This document shows positions 13,313-26,818 of a DNA stretch of 64,000 bases, piece by piece (position 1 is the stretch's first letter; every line of letters starts with the position of its first letter). The notes under the pieces were generated by a model that saw nothing but the letters and a program-made list of their open reading frames with translations, was not told where the DNA came from and did not search any database. The translations under genes were made by a program, and so were the position numbers. The stretch comes from Antedon mediterranea (taxonomy: Eukaryota > Animalia > Echinodermata), in NCBI RefSeq assembly GCF_964355755.1, contig NC_092679.1, positions 18,335,432 through 18,399,431 on the forward strand. Direction: 5' to 3'.

Positions 13313-13466
13313 AGGTGGCATAATAGAATCTTAATACAGGTGGCATAATAGAATCTTAATACAGGTGGCATAATAGAATCTTAATACAGGTGGCATAATA
13401 GAATCTTAATACAGGTGGCATAATAGAATCTTAATACAGGTGGCATAATAAAATCTTAATACAGGT
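13313..13466. repeat. 25-bp minisatellite, 6 copies (AGGTGGCATAATAGAATCTTAATAC)
   Basis: Near-perfect head-to-tail units with no spacers, 30 bp downstream of the paralog 2 stop codon. Confidence 0.95.
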
Positions 13467-13495
13467 TGTATTGCCAATTATTCAGTTATGGGGCC

Positions 13496-13723
13496 CTATT
13501 CAAATAGTGGCTTCATTATTCTCATATTATCTGTCACTGTGTATGGTAATTTGATAAGCGTCTCGAGGAAATCACTGATGCCTTTGCAGACTTCAAAGCA
13601 GACGGCAAACGGTAGCAGGGCGATGAACAATCCCGCGATGAAAGACGCCAACGGCCAAGCGATGAATATTAAGATCAACAGCCAGCAAATGCCGCGAATT
13701 AAACCAATTGGAGTCACAGGCAT
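13496..13723 (-). CDS. Small membrane microprotein, paralog 2 (75 aa)
   Basis: GLIRGICWLLILIFIAWPLASFIAGLFIALLPFAVCFEVC..KLPYTVTDNM; acceptor TTCTAG| 12 nt upstream of the ATG. Confidence 0.88.
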   Translation of the reverse strand: MPVTPIGLIRGICWLLILIFIAWPLASFIAGLFIALLPFAVCFEVCKGISDFLETLIKLPYTVTDNMRIMKPLFE

Positions 13724-16207
13724 TCTTGTGGGTGTCTAGAAAAAATAGATAAATATTGAAATATGAAAACGAAAAATTATATATGAATGTTGGCCTGCGG
13801 TATGTATTTACTATGCCCAATAGGTACAGTAAATAGATTGATTCGGTGGATCAAAATGGAATATAGTGTTGGTCCAGATTTCTAATTTAATTCAGAGTAA
13901 ATACTTACTAAGCTCCATTGGGCCTTGTTTACACATTTACTTAAGTGAAATAATTTAACAGGAGTGTAACAATAAACATAGGACTACTCATCAATGTCAC
14001 TATAGAATTTATTTATTAATATTTTTTAATTAACTTATTTTGTGAGCGGCAGTTATCACAAGTTCATTTTATCATTATTATTTTTTATCAAGTGCTTAAC
14101 CCATAACTATTGTAAACATATATGTTTGTTTTAATATCTAACTAGGCTTTGTAATACCATGCCATTCTCTATAGTGCATAAGTATTTTTTTTTCTATTTA
14201 GAGTCGATAACATAATTCTGGAATTTATCTATGGTTGCAGTAACTAGTATTTATCCAGATCCTTTCTTAACTTACTTTAGTCACCGGCTAGTGTGTGAAC
14301 ACTTTTAAGTGTCACCAGCTCATGTGTGAAGTCAATAGCTACTGTATCAGTGAGGATTCTCGATTTTTTAATCAGAGCTGGGGCTCAGGGCATAGAAATT
14401 GTAAAATGAAATGGTGATGCTAGCCCAACCTTTGTAATTGTCAGAGTGAAGCTAGGGTAGGTGACCTCAAATCTCCCTAGCACTGGCTAATGAAACTAGT
14501 TATCTTTATTCAATTGTTCAGAAACTTTTTTCTAGAAAAAGGCATTTAGATCCTTTGATTTACATTGTGGAAATCTGATTAGAGCACATACAATAGGTGC
14601 ATTTAATAATCTAGTCATTTCAGGACAAATGACCTCCATGTTCACCAAGTGCCACTTTCATGAACTTTTTACAGCGAAATTGCTAATAAAAGGCCATTTT
14701 ATGACAATATGGTCTTTCCACCTTCTTTTCTAAATTTAGTTGTACAATAATAAACACATAACCTAACCTAATTATATCCGTTTTAGTTAATTATTAGGTA
14801 AAAATTCAGATAAAGATTATATTCAGTAGGCCTAATACTAATTTGCCTTTTGGATTTGATTATCACAAATTGATTTAAATTGTATTTCCCAAAAGTGCCA
14901 TAAATCAAGGCAATCAAACAACAGGACACTGAGCTCGCCTTGCCAAGATGTTATATGTCCGACTGTGGCAAATACCAAAATTACTGTATTACAGTTTACA
15001 TCAATGCAGCCTGCAATGTCTGTTAAGGGGTATGGAACTGATTGTGTCGCAGCCACAGATAAACCCTTTGATCTCCGGAACCTCAGCATACTGTTGTTAG
15101 ATTGCCTTGCAAAATACAGTATAAACTTACCTGTTTGTTCTGCACGAATACTCAAATACGCCTTTTCCTTTACTACTGCTGTTTTGTTCTTTAATACTAT
15201 TATATCCTATACAAGAGTATAGGCAATGCACTGTCAAACCAATACCAAGCCAAAAGGTCCAAAAGTGATATACAAAAAGTAATTTTGCAACATATGGTAA
15301 AAGAATAAAAGCAAGACAATATATTTTTTACTGGTAGAATGATTTACATACTTTTTTTTGGTGGTGATGATGGTCTTCCACGCGACAATCACAAGCTCTG
15401 ATATGTGTATAATTGCATAGGAAGGAATCACAATGACAATCATTTAGTGTTTTTAAGGATACATTGTTATACTTGTTATCCTTCCTGAATAGGTTTTAGA
15501 GAATCTCCAGCTTCTGACATTGGCACAGATCCCATGAATATGCAACATGTTGTTGGTTGTGCTTGATTAATCAACAACAGCTATTGCTTCTAAAAGTTGT
15601 ATTGCTTTTTTTTAAATGTAACAAATGATTATTCGCAAATTGCTGTCTTGATTAAAGACTATCAAATGTCCAGCCCAATATTTTACTTATTTTCACAATT
15701 GGTGGTCAGATCATATTTTCAGTTGCTGATTTTGGAAGTTCAAAAACTCTTTTCAAAGATCAATTTACCATTTGTCTTTTTAACAAGGTATTTTTTGTTG
15801 AGGTAACAATTGGTGAAAATGATCTGCGAGTTCGTAATGCTAACATTTTCTTCTTTTGAGATTTACTGACAAACAGACTTTTTGTAGTAAAGATCAATAT
15901 ATATTTTCTTTTTATTAAATTAGGAAATTGTATATAATTTAAAAAATTTCATTTATACAAAATACATAATTATTAGAAAATTACATTGAAAACTGAATCG
16001 TAATAAACCGAATAGTACTAGTGCCCAGAGTCTCTATTACCTATAGCGTACTTCAGTACTACAGTAAAACTTCATGCACTATATTCTGTTCTGTTTTCTG
16101 TATAAAATAGTGTATAATTCTAACTGTGTGCAGTTGCAGTTCTACATTAAATAGTTCCTATAGTAACTTTGGCATCATGTATGATTGTCCAGCATCTTTG
16201 TTTCGAC

Positions 16208-16432
16208 TCATGAACAGACTGGCTTCTGACCCATGATTCCTTCGGCACACATCTCTGGAAGTTTGATGACTTTCTCAATAGCTTCATTGATGCCCTTACA
16301 GAAATCCATGCAGATTGCAAACGGCATGATGAAAACGTACAGCCAGGCAACGAAAAATGCGACGGGCCAGGCGAAGAAGATCAGAATAAGTATCCAACAA
16401 ATAGACCAGAGAATTCCGGTTGCGTCTGCCAT
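16208..16432 (-). CDS. Small membrane microprotein, paralog 3 (74 aa, type A)
   Basis: GILWSICWILILIFFAWPVAFFVAWLYVFIMPFAICMDFC..KLPEMCAEGIMGQKPVC; closest to paralog 5; acceptor TTTTCTAG| ~25 nt upstream. Confidence 0.88.
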   Translation of the reverse strand: MADATGILWSICWILILIFFAWPVAFFVAWLYVFIMPFAICMDFCKGINEAIEKVIKLPEMCAEGIMGQKPVCS

Positions 16433-16916
16433 AGTTGTTGCAGGTCACTGGTTTTGTCTAGAAAAGAAAATCAAAATGTATCTATTAGTTAGGAGTTATT
16501 CAATTTATTTCTTCTTTAAATTGGGTGACCTCTTCAGTGCAGACCCAGTCCAGAAGCATAACCACCCTGGGAAACAATTCTACTATTTTTGAGTTTTTTT
16601 ATTTTGATGTATGTACACAGGACCAACAGCTTTATGTCTCTTCAGAAGGACAAGTATGCAGGATAGAAGCAGTATGGCACAGGCAGCTGGTCTTACATCC
16701 AGACTTCTCCATGCTTGTTTAATATATATTACTATAGCACCATACAATAACTGTCTCAAAGTCATTTTCTGGAAATTTAATGGTACTAGGAAGAATAAAG
16801 TTTGAAAACTTTTGTCAAGTATTTTTCAGCCATATAGCTATAAATAAAAATGCTCTAAATAAAGATTATATTATATATACCTTGTTACCAGTACTGAGCC
16901 GTTTTTTCTTTTACAT

Positions 16917-17147
16917 TTACTTGTCACATATTGGTTTTTGTTGGACCATGTTTTCCGTCACAGTTTTTGGAAGTTCAAAAACTCTTTTGAGCATATCAGA
17001 GATCTCTCCACAAAAGCTCATGCAGACGCCAAATGGCATAACAAGGATGTAGAGGCCAGCCACAATAAAGCCAATTGGCCATGCAAGAAATATTAGAACA
17101 ATAAACCACAAGATGGCAGAGAGAAAGCCTGCTACTCCATTGCCCAT
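16917..17147 (-). CDS. Small membrane microprotein, paralog 4 (76 aa, type B)
   Basis: MGNGVAGFLSAILWFIVLIFLAWPIG..PFGVCMSFC..ELPKTVTENM. Start set at ATG 17147 by alignment with paralog 6 (same 231-nt length). Confidence 0.88.
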   Translation of the reverse strand: MGNGVAGFLSAILWFIVLIFLAWPIGFIVAGLYILVMPFGVCMSFCGEISDMLKRVFELPKTVTENMVQQKPICDK

Positions 17148-17347
17148 GCTGTTAGTATTAGTAGTTAATGCAAGAGAAATATTGTTACTAGATGGAAGGC
17201 AGAAATACAATATAAGAACAATTAAGGATCTACATAAAGGAAGAAAAAATACCATGTTAAATAGATTTATATCATAAGAGAAGAGTAGACCAAGTGATCG
17301 TAGCTCATCAGATAATACTAAATGAGAGCATTTTAAAACATATCTAA

Positions 17348-17506
17348 AGCTCTGCCTACACTATCAACCTTTATGTGACAAAAAGTGATGTGCCCATATA
17401 TGGACATGATGATGTCTTAACATTACCATATTTGGGTGTATCACTACCATATTTGGGCAAAATCACATTTTTTTGGTCAAACTAGTTTGATAATGTAGGC
17501 AGAGCT
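17348..17506. mobile_element. PIF/Harbinger-type MITE, family H1 (complete)
   Basis: TIR AGCTCTGCCTACACTATCAA / TTGATAATGTAGGCAGAGCT, flanked by TAA and TTA. Confidence 0.8.
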
Positions 17507-18652
17507 TTAGTCCATGAGAGCAAATCCCCAACTATTACCACTAATACCTGCAGTCAATAGAATTTGCACTGCTCAACAATGCTAAAGCTGTAAATAGTAT
17601 TATCAAAACCACACCCATTGATAAGCAAGCAAACATAAGGCATGGTACAGCTTGTTAGATTATTATATACAGTACACATGCAGTATTATACATTAAACTA
17701 CAGTAGGTGGTATAATAAGTTGGTACTTTACCTTAGAATTCTTACTAACTTGCTTCTTGCAGTAATTTTTAATAGAACCGGTAACTCAGGCTGTCACAGT
17801 ACTTTCTATTTCACCAGGTAGGCAGGGCTCTTGTTTTTATCGGTGGTAACCAAGCGCACATAGATTCAAGCTGTGTCTTATCATATCAAAGACCATATAT
17901 TTACATTACTACAATATTTACAGGAGCTTTACGCTTCAATGACTTTGGAGCTGCCTGCTACTCTCGTCCTATTGTGTTGCTGTGATTGCATTTAATTCAG
18001 GAAACAGGAAAATAGTGTACTTTGTTTTTGTAAAGATTAACATGACAAGTACTCTAGCATATCATTAATATTGCTAAGATTTGACTGTACTGCCCTTACT
18101 AGTCTCCAGCAAGAACAGATTTATTTAAACACACACTATCAAACACACTAACATACCATGGAGGTATATACCTATATGAACATACAAACTCAAACTTTGT
18201 TTTCAAAAATCAATTCATTTTATTACATTAAACTCAATTCATTATAAGATAACAAATTATAATATTGAGAATTTTTACATTCTCCATCGTCACTATTACA
18301 TTAATAAGAAAAAGTTTGTTTTAAATAAATTAATGTCGCATAGAAAATTTGACAAATAATTAGCACATGAATACTACAATTTCATTTATTAAAAAATTTC
18401 AACTATAACTACATTAGTTAGGTATTGTCTTCTGTTTCAGTCAATGCACTGTCACTATGTTGTACCATGGAGGAAAAAATAACAAATATTTTTTCCTTCA
18501 TGGTCGTTAGTATAGTGTGGTCTTTCAATATGTAGTTTCCTGTCCAATCTGGTTTTCAAATAGGGTTTTATATTCACTAATTTTTAACTGCAGTACTTGG
18601 TGTAATATGTCCCACTTGTTCATGTTCTTGGCCTACTTTCGTTGCACCTTTT

Positions 18653-18880
18653 TCACCCACAAACTGGTTTCTGACCCATTATACCTTCAGCGCATGTTTG
18701 TGGTAATTTAAAGATCTTTTCAAGTAATGCTCCAAAGTCCTTACAAATACTAATACACACAGCAAACGGAAGTATGAAGACATACATTCCGGCAATAAAG
18801 TATGCAACAGGCCAAGCAAAGAAGATCAAAATCAACACCCAGCAAATTGACCAAAATATTCCGAGTAAACCAGGAGCCAT
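18653..18880 (-). CDS. Small membrane microprotein, paralog 5 (75 aa, type A)
   Basis: MAPGLLGIFWSICWVLILIFFAWPVA..PFAVCISIC..KLPQTCAEGIMGQKPVC; first ATG at 18880; acceptor TTTAG| ~25 nt upstream. Confidence 0.88.
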   Translation of the reverse strand: MAPGLLGIFWSICWVLILIFFAWPVAYFIAGMYVFILPFAVCISICKDFGALLEKIFKLPQTCAEGIMGQKPVCG

Positions 18881-19460
18881 TATGATCACAGGTCAAGCGG
18901 TCATTCTAAATATAGAAATTGAAAAAGACAATTATTACATCATACATAAATAGTTTGTATTTAACTAGTAAAAATGTCTTTTATAAAATTTAATTTACTA
19001 TTTTAATTTATTTTGTAGGCATATACATCTAACCTAACTTATGCCCTTTCAACAAATCCACACATAGTTTGTTATTACTCATTAAAGTTAAAATATTCTT
19101 TATTCATTATCAAATATAATATTCAATCCTTGCTCTGGTGCAACTTTATGGATGAGACAAAAAAAAGATGAATTTTTGGAAAAATAGACAATAAACAAAT
19201 TATGAAAACGATGAAACAATGAAGAGAGTTTGTAATCTAGAGTCTTGGTTGAGAAGATGCCTGAAAATGAAATGAGAAGTCAAGAGATAATGATGCGCAA
19301 GATAGGAAAGAACAATGAAACGACCCTTGTAAGAGGGAGAAATCGGTGTAAAAAATGGATGATGTCGAACAGATGAAATGAAAATTGAGCTTTTTAATTT
19401 CTGGTTCTGGCCTTATACATACATTTTACAAACCAATACTGTCGTTTTACACCAAACATT

Positions 19461-19691
19461 TTACTTGTCGCATATATTTTTTTGTGCGACCATGTTTTCC
19501 GTCACAGTTTTTGGAAGTTCAAAGACTTTTTGAAGCATTTCAGAGATCTCTCCACAAAAGCTCATGCAGACTCCAAATGGCATCACTAAGATGTAGAGGC
19601 CAGCCACAAGAAAGCCAATAGGCCATGCAAGAAATATTAGAACAATAAACCACAGAATTGCTGATAGTATTCCACCAATTCCGTCTCCCAT
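19461..19691 (-). CDS. Small membrane microprotein, paralog 6 (76 aa, type B)
   Basis: Near-identical in protein to paralog 4; acceptor TTTTCTACAG| ~64 nt upstream. Confidence 0.88.
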   Translation of the reverse strand: MGDGIGGILSAILWFIVLIFLAWPIGFLVAGLYILVMPFGVCMSFCGEISEMLQKVFELPKTVTENMVAQKNICDK

Positions 19692-22600
19692 CTTGAAAAA
19701 TTAGTGCAGTTAAGAGGTTAAGAGAAGAAAAGGTGCAAAGACAGACAACTCAAACTGTAGAAAAAAACGTAAAATTCAATTTTATTAAAACATTGTTGTT
19801 CAGCGTTATATTACACACTCCTTCCATTGTTTAGATAATTGATGCTATTTTATAGTTAATTGGATATGTTTTGTATGGATAAAGAGAAAAAGAACAATCT
19901 TCTTTTATATTGTAAAAAAAGACACCCATTTATTCCAATAGTTGTTGTCGTGATAGCAACAAATTGCATAAGGAATACCGCCAATCAACTGAAACCCAAT
20001 CTTCCAATATTGTTTACTATAACAATATTATTGGCTAGAATATCATTATTTCATAAATTTATAACAAAAGGTTCCTTCAACAATTAAATGTTGACAGTAT
20101 TATGTTTAATTCTATGTTACAGTAACTTAATCACCTTCCCAATATTATAATTTTAAATAATATATATTGTTATTATAAATTCAAGGATATTAGTTTTTTT
20201 AATAAGTCTGAAATTCAGAATCATATTACCAAATGTTTGACACATTAATGGATGATAGCATTTTTTTAATATCTGAAGTTCACAATTTAACATGTTAGTA
20301 TAATCATCACACCCACTTATGTTGGTACAATTTTATTGAGACAACAAGATAAGATAAAACAAACTGATACTGTGTATGTGTGGGTTTAAATAAAAGATGT
20401 TTGCTTTATAATTCTACAGTGCTAAAGTACAACACATCGCATATATATTAGTGACTGCTATTCATTTCAATAAAGTATTTCTACTGTCAGTTACTGCAGT
20501 AACTACATTTTATTTACTGCAGTAATGTAGAATTATTTTTATGAGGCAGCTAAATAAATATTTCCAGCCAGAAATAATTGCATAAACAGGTTTAAAGAGT
20601 AAACAAAATGTTGGAACTGTAATAGATTAATTGTATTGTGAATGAATAAATAAATAATAGCTAATATTTGCCTTTTCAGAATAGCAAATATTCCAAAAAG
20701 ACATTTTATAATAATATTTCTTGGTTTCACTTCCTACATTTTGTTCTAACTATACAAACTTGGGTGGTTTTATAAATTTAAAAAAAGGCAAGTTTTGATA
20801 TTGCCTTAAAATTTCAATAAAAAAAATATATAATTATCTAGAATATTGCAGAGTTAAAAATCAATAGTGATCTTTATTATTTGTAAAATTGTGTTCTTTA
20901 TCTGTTGATATACATAACTAATTGAAAGCATTGATGATTGACCGGTATTTATTAATGAACCAATTAAGTCAACTACATATTTAAAGTTTATATGCCTATC
21001 TATCAGTAAGGTTCAATGCTTTCATTATTTTATTAGAGCTCTAATAATATAAATTTAATAGTGTGTACTTACCGTTTAATGATATTGAAAAAGAATGGTT
21101 TGTCAAAAGCAGTAAATTGTATAGGCACACAGTAAACCGAACACTATGCTCTGTGCGTGTACACACACTCTCGTCAGCGTTATCAGTTGTATCCAAGTGT
21201 TTAAAGCGGCTTGCAGCTGTCTCGGTAACCTTCGCGCCAGCCGATATCAAAAATACTATTTACTATTGGTCTCCATGCCAACCAAATTGTTTGTATCTAA
21301 CGTAAGATCCTGTGCAGTTGATTGGCTGTCAACGATATCTCAAGTTTCTATTGATCTTAGTTCACTAATTGTAAGTTTATAAATGTATCCATTTAAAAGG
21401 AGGTCAGATATTGATTATTTGATTGGGAAATGGGTCACATTATTTTTTTGGAACAGTTTGATCCCTTTTCCCTCCCACCTCAAATACTGGCACGTACAAA
21501 GATGCACTCTTACAATATTTTACACTCATTTTTATACAAATATGAAATGCATGGTGGTAATTATTTTGCATTGACATTCATTTGATAATACAAATAATGA
21601 AAATTATTATTATTTTGTTGTTGTTGATGGTAGGGAGGATTCAAATTCAAATATTCTTTATTCATCATCAATCATGAAAATATACAACAATATATGAGAA
21701 CATAAAATAAAGATGAAAAGGAAACACATAAAAACTCAAAAGAGCTTGATTAATTGTGTCCCTAACTAGCCTAAAAACTAAAACATAAATAATAAAAAAA
21801 GCTGTTATCGGCTATAGTTTTATTTATGTATGACATCTATAAATTTAATTTATAGATGTTGTGTGTTGCCCGAAAGCTCTGCTAATTATACTGGCTGTTT
21901 TAGATTCTTTTATTTTGTATCTCCATTGAAATCCAGCCACTGATACCCACAGCACTGTCATTATTTTCAGTAATTTGCCTTTGGATTTATAAATATCATT
22001 TATTTAACAAAATATGTGCTGAAAAAAATTAATGAGGGCAGCCTGCAATATGAATAAAATTTAAATTTATTTAAATTTAAGTAAATTTAGACCAGCTGTC
22101 ATTTATAATTATAATAAGGTTTTCTCATCATACATAATAAGGGCATTCTTAGCAGGTTGAGTATCACACAGCTCAATGTAAATTCCTTTTAAGTGTCCTC
22201 ATACACTATTTATCCATATGGAACATTACAATTACTAAAATTTAAAATCATATTGCAATTTTTATAATGGATCTGTATCAAGCTCTCTGATTGGTTGATT
22301 CTTATGAATCAGATTATTAATAATTTATGCAGTGTACAAAGTGCTGGTGCATTTTCTTGTCAATATTTACACATTTTGTGTGTAAAGTATTTGATTTTTG
22401 TGTAATATTGGAAAATTAAAATTGCACAAAAATGAATATGTTTCGAAAAACTGGTTATGATTATATATAAATATACATACACTGTATAAGAATTGGTATC
22501 AATTATTTGTCACCTTCCCTTCATTAAAGGTTAAAATGTTTTTGTTTTTTTAAAGTTAGCTATTATTATATTATCATAGTAAAATAGCATTCATATATCC

Positions 22601-25453
22601 ATAAAACGTGTGAATCATAAGACGACAAACAACAAATTTGATGTAAAAAAAAAGTGTGTAGTTTCCCTGGATAGTTTCTGTTTTCTTTCCTGGTGGCCAG
22701 ACTGTGAGTGACGGTGGGTTTGACCATTCGGTGACCTATTTATGAAAAAGTCATCTCAGCCTATTTATAAAGCTTCCAGTTGCGTTTTTGTTTATTGAAT
22801 TTAAAACACACACCATAGTGGTTTCTTCGCGGTAAAATTTACGATAATTACATCGTTACACCGCCCGACTACCAAATATGGAAACGAACGCGGAGGTTTA
22901 AACTAAATACTATCCTGCCTCCGCTTGTCATGCTACAGTATTTCGTAGCCGAGAAGATACATCATTAAGAACATGACCGTAAACCCTGCTTTTAAATTAT
23001 AAAACGTATTACTAGGCTTAAAAATATGTTAACAATTGTTGTATAAGTTTCAGTACTTACCTAGTTCTTTCACTTCGCAAGAAAGTTATTATCGATCGAT
23101 TGAAAGAGCAGCTAATAATAAATGCTTGCTTCGCTTTGTAATCGGGGCGTTTTCAAACTTATTCCCCTGTGGAAGTCGTCTGCACTGTGTAGCCTTGATT
23201 GCATCCATACGTTATGAGGAAGCAATAAACAGTTTAATTTATGGATGTAGAATGTAGATAACTGAGTCACATGTCACTTTCAAGGTGGGATAGAAGGCCA
23301 GGAAGGACAATGATAATGGATGGAAGATAGATTGATGGAACGATTCTCCGACGACGGGATTATAGAGAAATATTAGATGATTGGTTGAAAAACAACAAAG
23401 GTTGGAAGCAGTGATAAATGGCTATAGAAAGTTAAAGGATTTTAAATCATAGAATGATATGTGGAAAATTGACGGAAAAATGAAGGTTGGAAGGAATATA
23501 TAGCAGTGAAATGTTGAAGAGATGGTTGAACAATGACGAATATTATAGGGGATGAAAAGTTACGATATATGACTATATTCGGCCTGAGGGATAGATCAAG
23601 CATAGATTTAAAAAAAACCAGTTTGAATAAGATCGAATGACCAATGGTTATGAATTTATGGGTGAGGAAAGAAATGTTAAGATGAATTGTTAATGAATGG
23701 ATAGATGGGTGAAAACAAATCAAAAAGGTCGGAGTCGATGATAAGTCATTTATGTATGTACATTTGTAATTTTTTTGTTAATAAATATTAACTTTGTATT
23801 TCTCTTTGCTGTTCCCGCTACATTTTTTAAGGGTTTGATGTTTTTATTTCTGGCTACATTTGAGTGGTCCAGGTCTTGTATGATACAATGATCTTTCCAT
23901 CGAGCTTTTACTATCGCGGAGGCCGCGCCCTATGATTGGTCAAAAGTTTTGTCCAATCAAAGTACCATGTGTAGGCATACTATGTAAATAAATTAGAAAA
24001 GAGGTGACGTAGGATAATATGGTTTGCGTAGGATATTATTGAGTGGTGGTAGCATGTTTACCTTTCGATATATTCTTTTATAAACTATAATTTTCTTCTG
24101 TTTTTCCCTCTCTTCTGCTGTCTATTATAGGCCTAGCATTTGTTCCTATACACTCTCAAAGAGCGCCGACGTTTTTCCAAAGCTCATCCTTTCTCTTTGC
24201 TTAATTTTTTGTTATCTATTGATGTTTTTTTTTTACTCTGAGACTCTTCAGGTTTCATTGACCGTTATCCTGTATATGTTCAGTGTATTCGCTCGGCGTA
24301 TTGTCTATGTTTCTGTAATAGGCCTACTGTTATTATACAATTGTAGACCTGATTATTATAAAAATTACTATCAATTCTATTTAATTTCTTCGTTGATAGG
24401 CCTAATAATGTATTTCTGTTAATACTTTGATTTTTGGTTGAACTTAACCGTTTATTTTTTATCATCGTTGTTTTTCTATGGAATTTGATTATAATCTTCA
24501 TTTTTCATGTTTTTGGGGACAATACATCTTTAAAAGTTGTTCGACCATAATTTAGCAAAGGCCTGCCTTACACCATTGGTGATGATTATGATATAAATAA
24601 AGTTAATTTCTCCAAAGATATAAATAAATAATAAAAATAAATCAAGAAATAAACGAATTTGATTTTCTTTTCAAATCTATTCCTCAAATCCAAATAAAAA
24701 GTGATGTTAAAGTGCGCCCTCTATATTTATATATCGCCTATTAATTTATTCTCGCCTCTTTTAGTAGTATTTTAATTTTGTTTTTACTCTCCTTCAGAAC
24801 ACACGAACAACACATAAAAAGCTATACTTCACTCATCACTTTTATTTTGTTATCAAATGTTAAAAGGAATTATCACTTAATTTCTCTAACAAAAAAAAAT
24901 CATCAGAGTTTCTTGTATAATACCATGGAGTATCTCTATGATAATATTATAACTATATATAATTTTTATATTTAATATTTAATATACAGTATACCATTAT
25001 TTATGTTTGTATTATACTTTATACATAATTGTAGCATGGTATTATCAATAAATGTGCTCCACCCACAAAAACTGATATTATAACTTGGTCCCGAACGTGT
25101 TTTCTTAGATGTACACATTATTCATAGTAGACCATGATTTTTAAAGGGTGTTCCTGTCTATGGGGCGCCATAAGCAGCAAAAGTATAATATACTTTTGCT
25201 GCTTATGGCTCCCCATACCTGTCCCCCTTTTTCCATTTGAATCCAAGGAAGCATTGTTTCAGTCAGTAGCACAATGTTTAATTTAATACATAAACTGAAA
25301 CAGTCACATGATTGAACCATTACCCTTGAGTAGAGTAAGCATGTAGGTAATTCAACATGCTACAGTGCCACAAAATGTTGTTCTAGTCACTCTTCTATTG
25401 CACTTTATGATCTCATCATATTTATCATGGTTTTCCCCTCGCTCAAAATTAAA

Positions 25454-26818
25454 TCAATTCCGTTGCATCATAATTTGAAATTTACCTGTAAATAAAGAAA
25501 TATGATGAGTACAACTACTAATTCCCCTATATGAACAACTTTGTGCACTGTATCTCATCTGCTACGGCCCTACAATCCTATAGGTCATGGGACAACTAGA
25601 ATAAGTTATTACCGTATTATTTATTCTATAGGCATATATAAATTATGACAGTTACAAAGTCATGAAAACAAGGTATATTTACAAGATGGCATGAGAATAA
25701 CTTCTGATGTAACAACACAATTGATTCCTAGGTTAGACAAAGCACCTCGCAGCAGGCCACAGGAAAATGCTAAGTACTGAAAACAATATACAGGTATTAC
25801 ATATTTATATAAAGTTATTTGCACATATCAAGTTATTAATAATTGCACAGTTTTATGGATATATTGCATAGGTCATTAAATTTATGTAGGTATGCCTCAG
25901 TAGTAAAATAGTAGAGCTGTAGCTCGGTGGTTAACATGCTTGCTTTCAAAATCCAAGGTCCAATCCTGACCTAATGTCAGTTGTACCTACTCCACTACTC
26001 CCTACAGGTCAAATAAGAATTAGTCGTGATAGTCTATACATCTTGTAAAAGGTGTTGAAATAAAAACTTTTAAAAAGCATTATTTATAGGAAAAACTACT
26101 TACTCTGGGTGCCATTTCCAAGTACTGCTTTCCACCAGACATTTGTGTTAGTACCTTAAATTTATTGTCTTGTAAAACATACACACCCTGTAAAATAAAT
26201 ATTGCAACAGAGTAAAACAAAGAGTTTCTGATATAGTGCTGTTTAAACTTGAACTAATGTCAATGATGAATGAAGGAGTGACACTACCTGATGATTAGTC
26301 CTCAAATTATCAACTTGTTTCTTGAAAATACTTGACCAAAAATCTTTGCAGATGAATTTCATAACTTCTAGTTCATCCTTGAATCGTGGCGACTCTTTCA
26401 GCACTCTCTCAATTAAACCCTGACCTACTCGATACCCCATTGCCTCCAATTTCGTAATGCAAGAATCCTGTTGAGTTAACACATATTTTATTAAGTAATG
26501 AATGAAGTTTAATTTTAATTTGTTTCATCAGTGGAAGCATAAAATTATGCCAGTATATTGTATTAGGAGGAAGTAGGCCTAGCTAGGTAGGCTCAATCCG
26601 GCTCTACACTACTGTACTAGGCCTAGGTAGGCCTACCCTACCCTCTCTCTCGCTCGGCTAGCCGGCGCCCCGGCTAGCCTAGGCCTGCTTGCGTGGGACT
26701 AGGCCTAGCTAGCTAGGCCCTAGCCCATCTTACTTACAATATCATCTTTCTTTTTAGCTGTTCGAAAGATTTGTGCAACCATTTCTATATGAAATAAATC
26801 TAGAAGAGTATCGTCCAT
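25454..26818 (-). CDS. TRAPPC6B: Trafficking protein particle complex subunit 6B-like (5 exons, 156 aa)
   Basis: Exons 26818-26738, 26467-26288, 26187-26104, 25776-25683, 25485-25454 (471 nt). KLEAMGYRVGQGLIER..FKDELEVMKFICKDFW..DNLRTNHQGVYVLQDNKF..YLAFSCGLLRGALSNLG..CKFQI is the TRS33/TRAPPC6 signature. Confidence 0.96.

Noticed and set aside
13313-13466. CRISPR-like appearance of short direct repeats
   Set aside because: No spacers, eukaryotic context, no cas genes.
17148-17255. N-terminal extension of paralog 4 in the ORF track
   Set aside because: It spans a probable splice acceptor, and paralog 6 aligns from the Met at 17147.
25915-25970. tRNA-like sequence in a TRAPPC6B intron (similar B-box at ~54345)
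   Set aside because: Only partial A or B box and no complete cloverleaf; likely a decayed tRNA-SINE.
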